From NCBI GenBank assembly GCA_046300175.1, contig JBKCMS010000094.1, positions 366 to 64,365 of the forward strand: a stretch of 64,000 nt of DNA, in the 5' to 3' direction. A model generated the notes under the pieces. That model was not told the origin of the DNA, did no database searches, and saw nothing but the letters and a program-made list of their open reading frames with translations. The position numbers were made by a program, and so were the translations under genes. Below are positions 63,513 through 64,000 of this stretch, piece after piece (positions within the stretch are counted from its first letter, which is position 1; every line of letters starts with the position of its first letter). The DNA comes from Pseudomonadota bacterium. Its GTDB lineage: Bacteria; Bdellovibrionota_C; UBA2361; OMII01.

Positions 63513-63979
63513 GGCTTAACCCAAAAACTACTGCTCTGTGCCGCGTAATCAGTAAGGTGCTCATAGTGAGCAAAGAAGGTCTCATTCTGATCAAAGACAC
63601 GCATCGACGAAAGGGGTGGTGAATAACAGTGTAGAGTGACCAGATCGGTATTATTAGCCGCGAAATTACCAACTAAATGCGCATCTGTATCGACACTGAT
63701 GGCGGTCTCTCCTGCCCTAATTACCTTAGTTTCAGATGGCACAAGTGGACCCAACCCGGAGCGAGTAAATGCTACCTCGGTAGCTTCCCCTCGCAGTACG
63801 TGAAAACCGCAAACTGAGCCTAAGTGATCATGAATAGGAGTGCGCTGGGAAGGCCTCCAGCAAAGTAAGAGTATATCGATCTGCTCTGAGCTAAAGAGCC
63901 GATTGCGCCGATAAAAAGCATCATCAAAAAGCTCGTGTGATGCCAGCTCTTCGCGCGCTTCGGTAAGACTCTTAATCAA
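63509..63979 (-). CDS. Cysteine-dioxygenase-type-I-like cupin
   Basis: ...LLCWRPSQRTPIHDHLGSVCGFHVLRGEATEVAF... and a later His (...DTDAHLV...) match the CDO / 3-mercaptopropionate dioxygenase metal-site pattern. The stop overlaps the downstream gene start (63509-63512). The frame is still open upstream of the listed ATG, toward the window edge. Confidence 0.7.
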   Translation of the reverse strand: MIKSLTEAREELASHELFDDAFYRRNRLFSSEQIDILLLCWRPSQRTPIHDHLGSVCGFHVLRGEATEVAFTRSGLGPLVPSETKVIRAGETAISVDTDAHLVGNFAANNTDLVTLHCYSPPLSSMRVFDQNETFFAHYEHLTDYAAQSSSFWVKP

Positions 63980-64000
63980 CTCCTCGATCTCAGCCTGCGA

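Noticed and set aside
1-64000. I looked for transposases, integrases, phage genes, toxin-antitoxin pairs, restriction-modification or other defence systems, rRNA/tRNA genes, and riboswitches (for example an FMN element upstream of ribBA).
   Set aside because: I found no ORF or conserved RNA core sequence of these kinds. ribBA directly follows nrdR with a 12-nt gap, which leaves no room for a leader. The only mobile-DNA signatures are the non-autonomous MITE-like repeats.

Overview
The window comes from a diderm, flagellated, aerobically respiring bacterium. I cannot place the lineage from sequence alone. The gene content (ACIII, O2-dependent HemF, type IV pilin, TAM-like protein) would fit a Bdellovibrionota or delta-proteobacteria-like organism, but that is a guess. 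Most of the window is compact housekeeping DNA.

Main blocks:
- ribD (partial, at the left edge), an M3 oligopeptidase and nadB.
- A complete Alternative Complex III operon, actABCDEF (6.9-14.6 kb).
- rpmF-plsX-fabG, then acpP with its own terminator, then glyA-nrdR-ribBA.
- A 12.9-kb co-directional minus-strand envelope block (20.8-33.7 kb). It is headed by a 1909-aa single-chain TamB-like + POTRA/Omp85 fusion. An orphan protein, two large polytopic membrane proteins, a chalcone-isomerase-fold protein and a periplasmic binding protein follow it.
- An rsmI-like gene, lipA and a lone 2-oxoacid dehydrogenase E2.
- A 902-aa orphan ORF, preceded by a 3 x 48-bp tandem repeat and followed by nested MITE-like elements.
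- xseA-xseB-upp.
- The flagellar basal-body cluster flgF-G-A-H-I plus a rod-binding protein.
- A class V aminotransferase with hemF, a NarL-type response regulator, sufU, and psd with a 2-hydroxyacid dehydrogenase.
- An SGNH hydrolase, a secreted orphan protein and a pilin-like gene.
- A gene pair encoding an FAD/NAD(P)-binding protein and a cysteine-dioxygenase-like cupin.

I recognised no rRNA, tRNA, CRISPR array, transposase, integrase or known defence genes.

The intergenic DNA is unusually repeat-rich. It holds two TA-flanked MITE-like families with clear terminal inverted repeats, a recurring ATTTTTGAAAAA/CCCACCC motif, and shorter shared fragments.

The best candidates for something undescribed are the TamB-Omp85 fusion with its downstream envelope cluster, and the repeat-bracketed 902-aa orphan. 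All functional calls rest on motif recognition by eye; no database search was possible.
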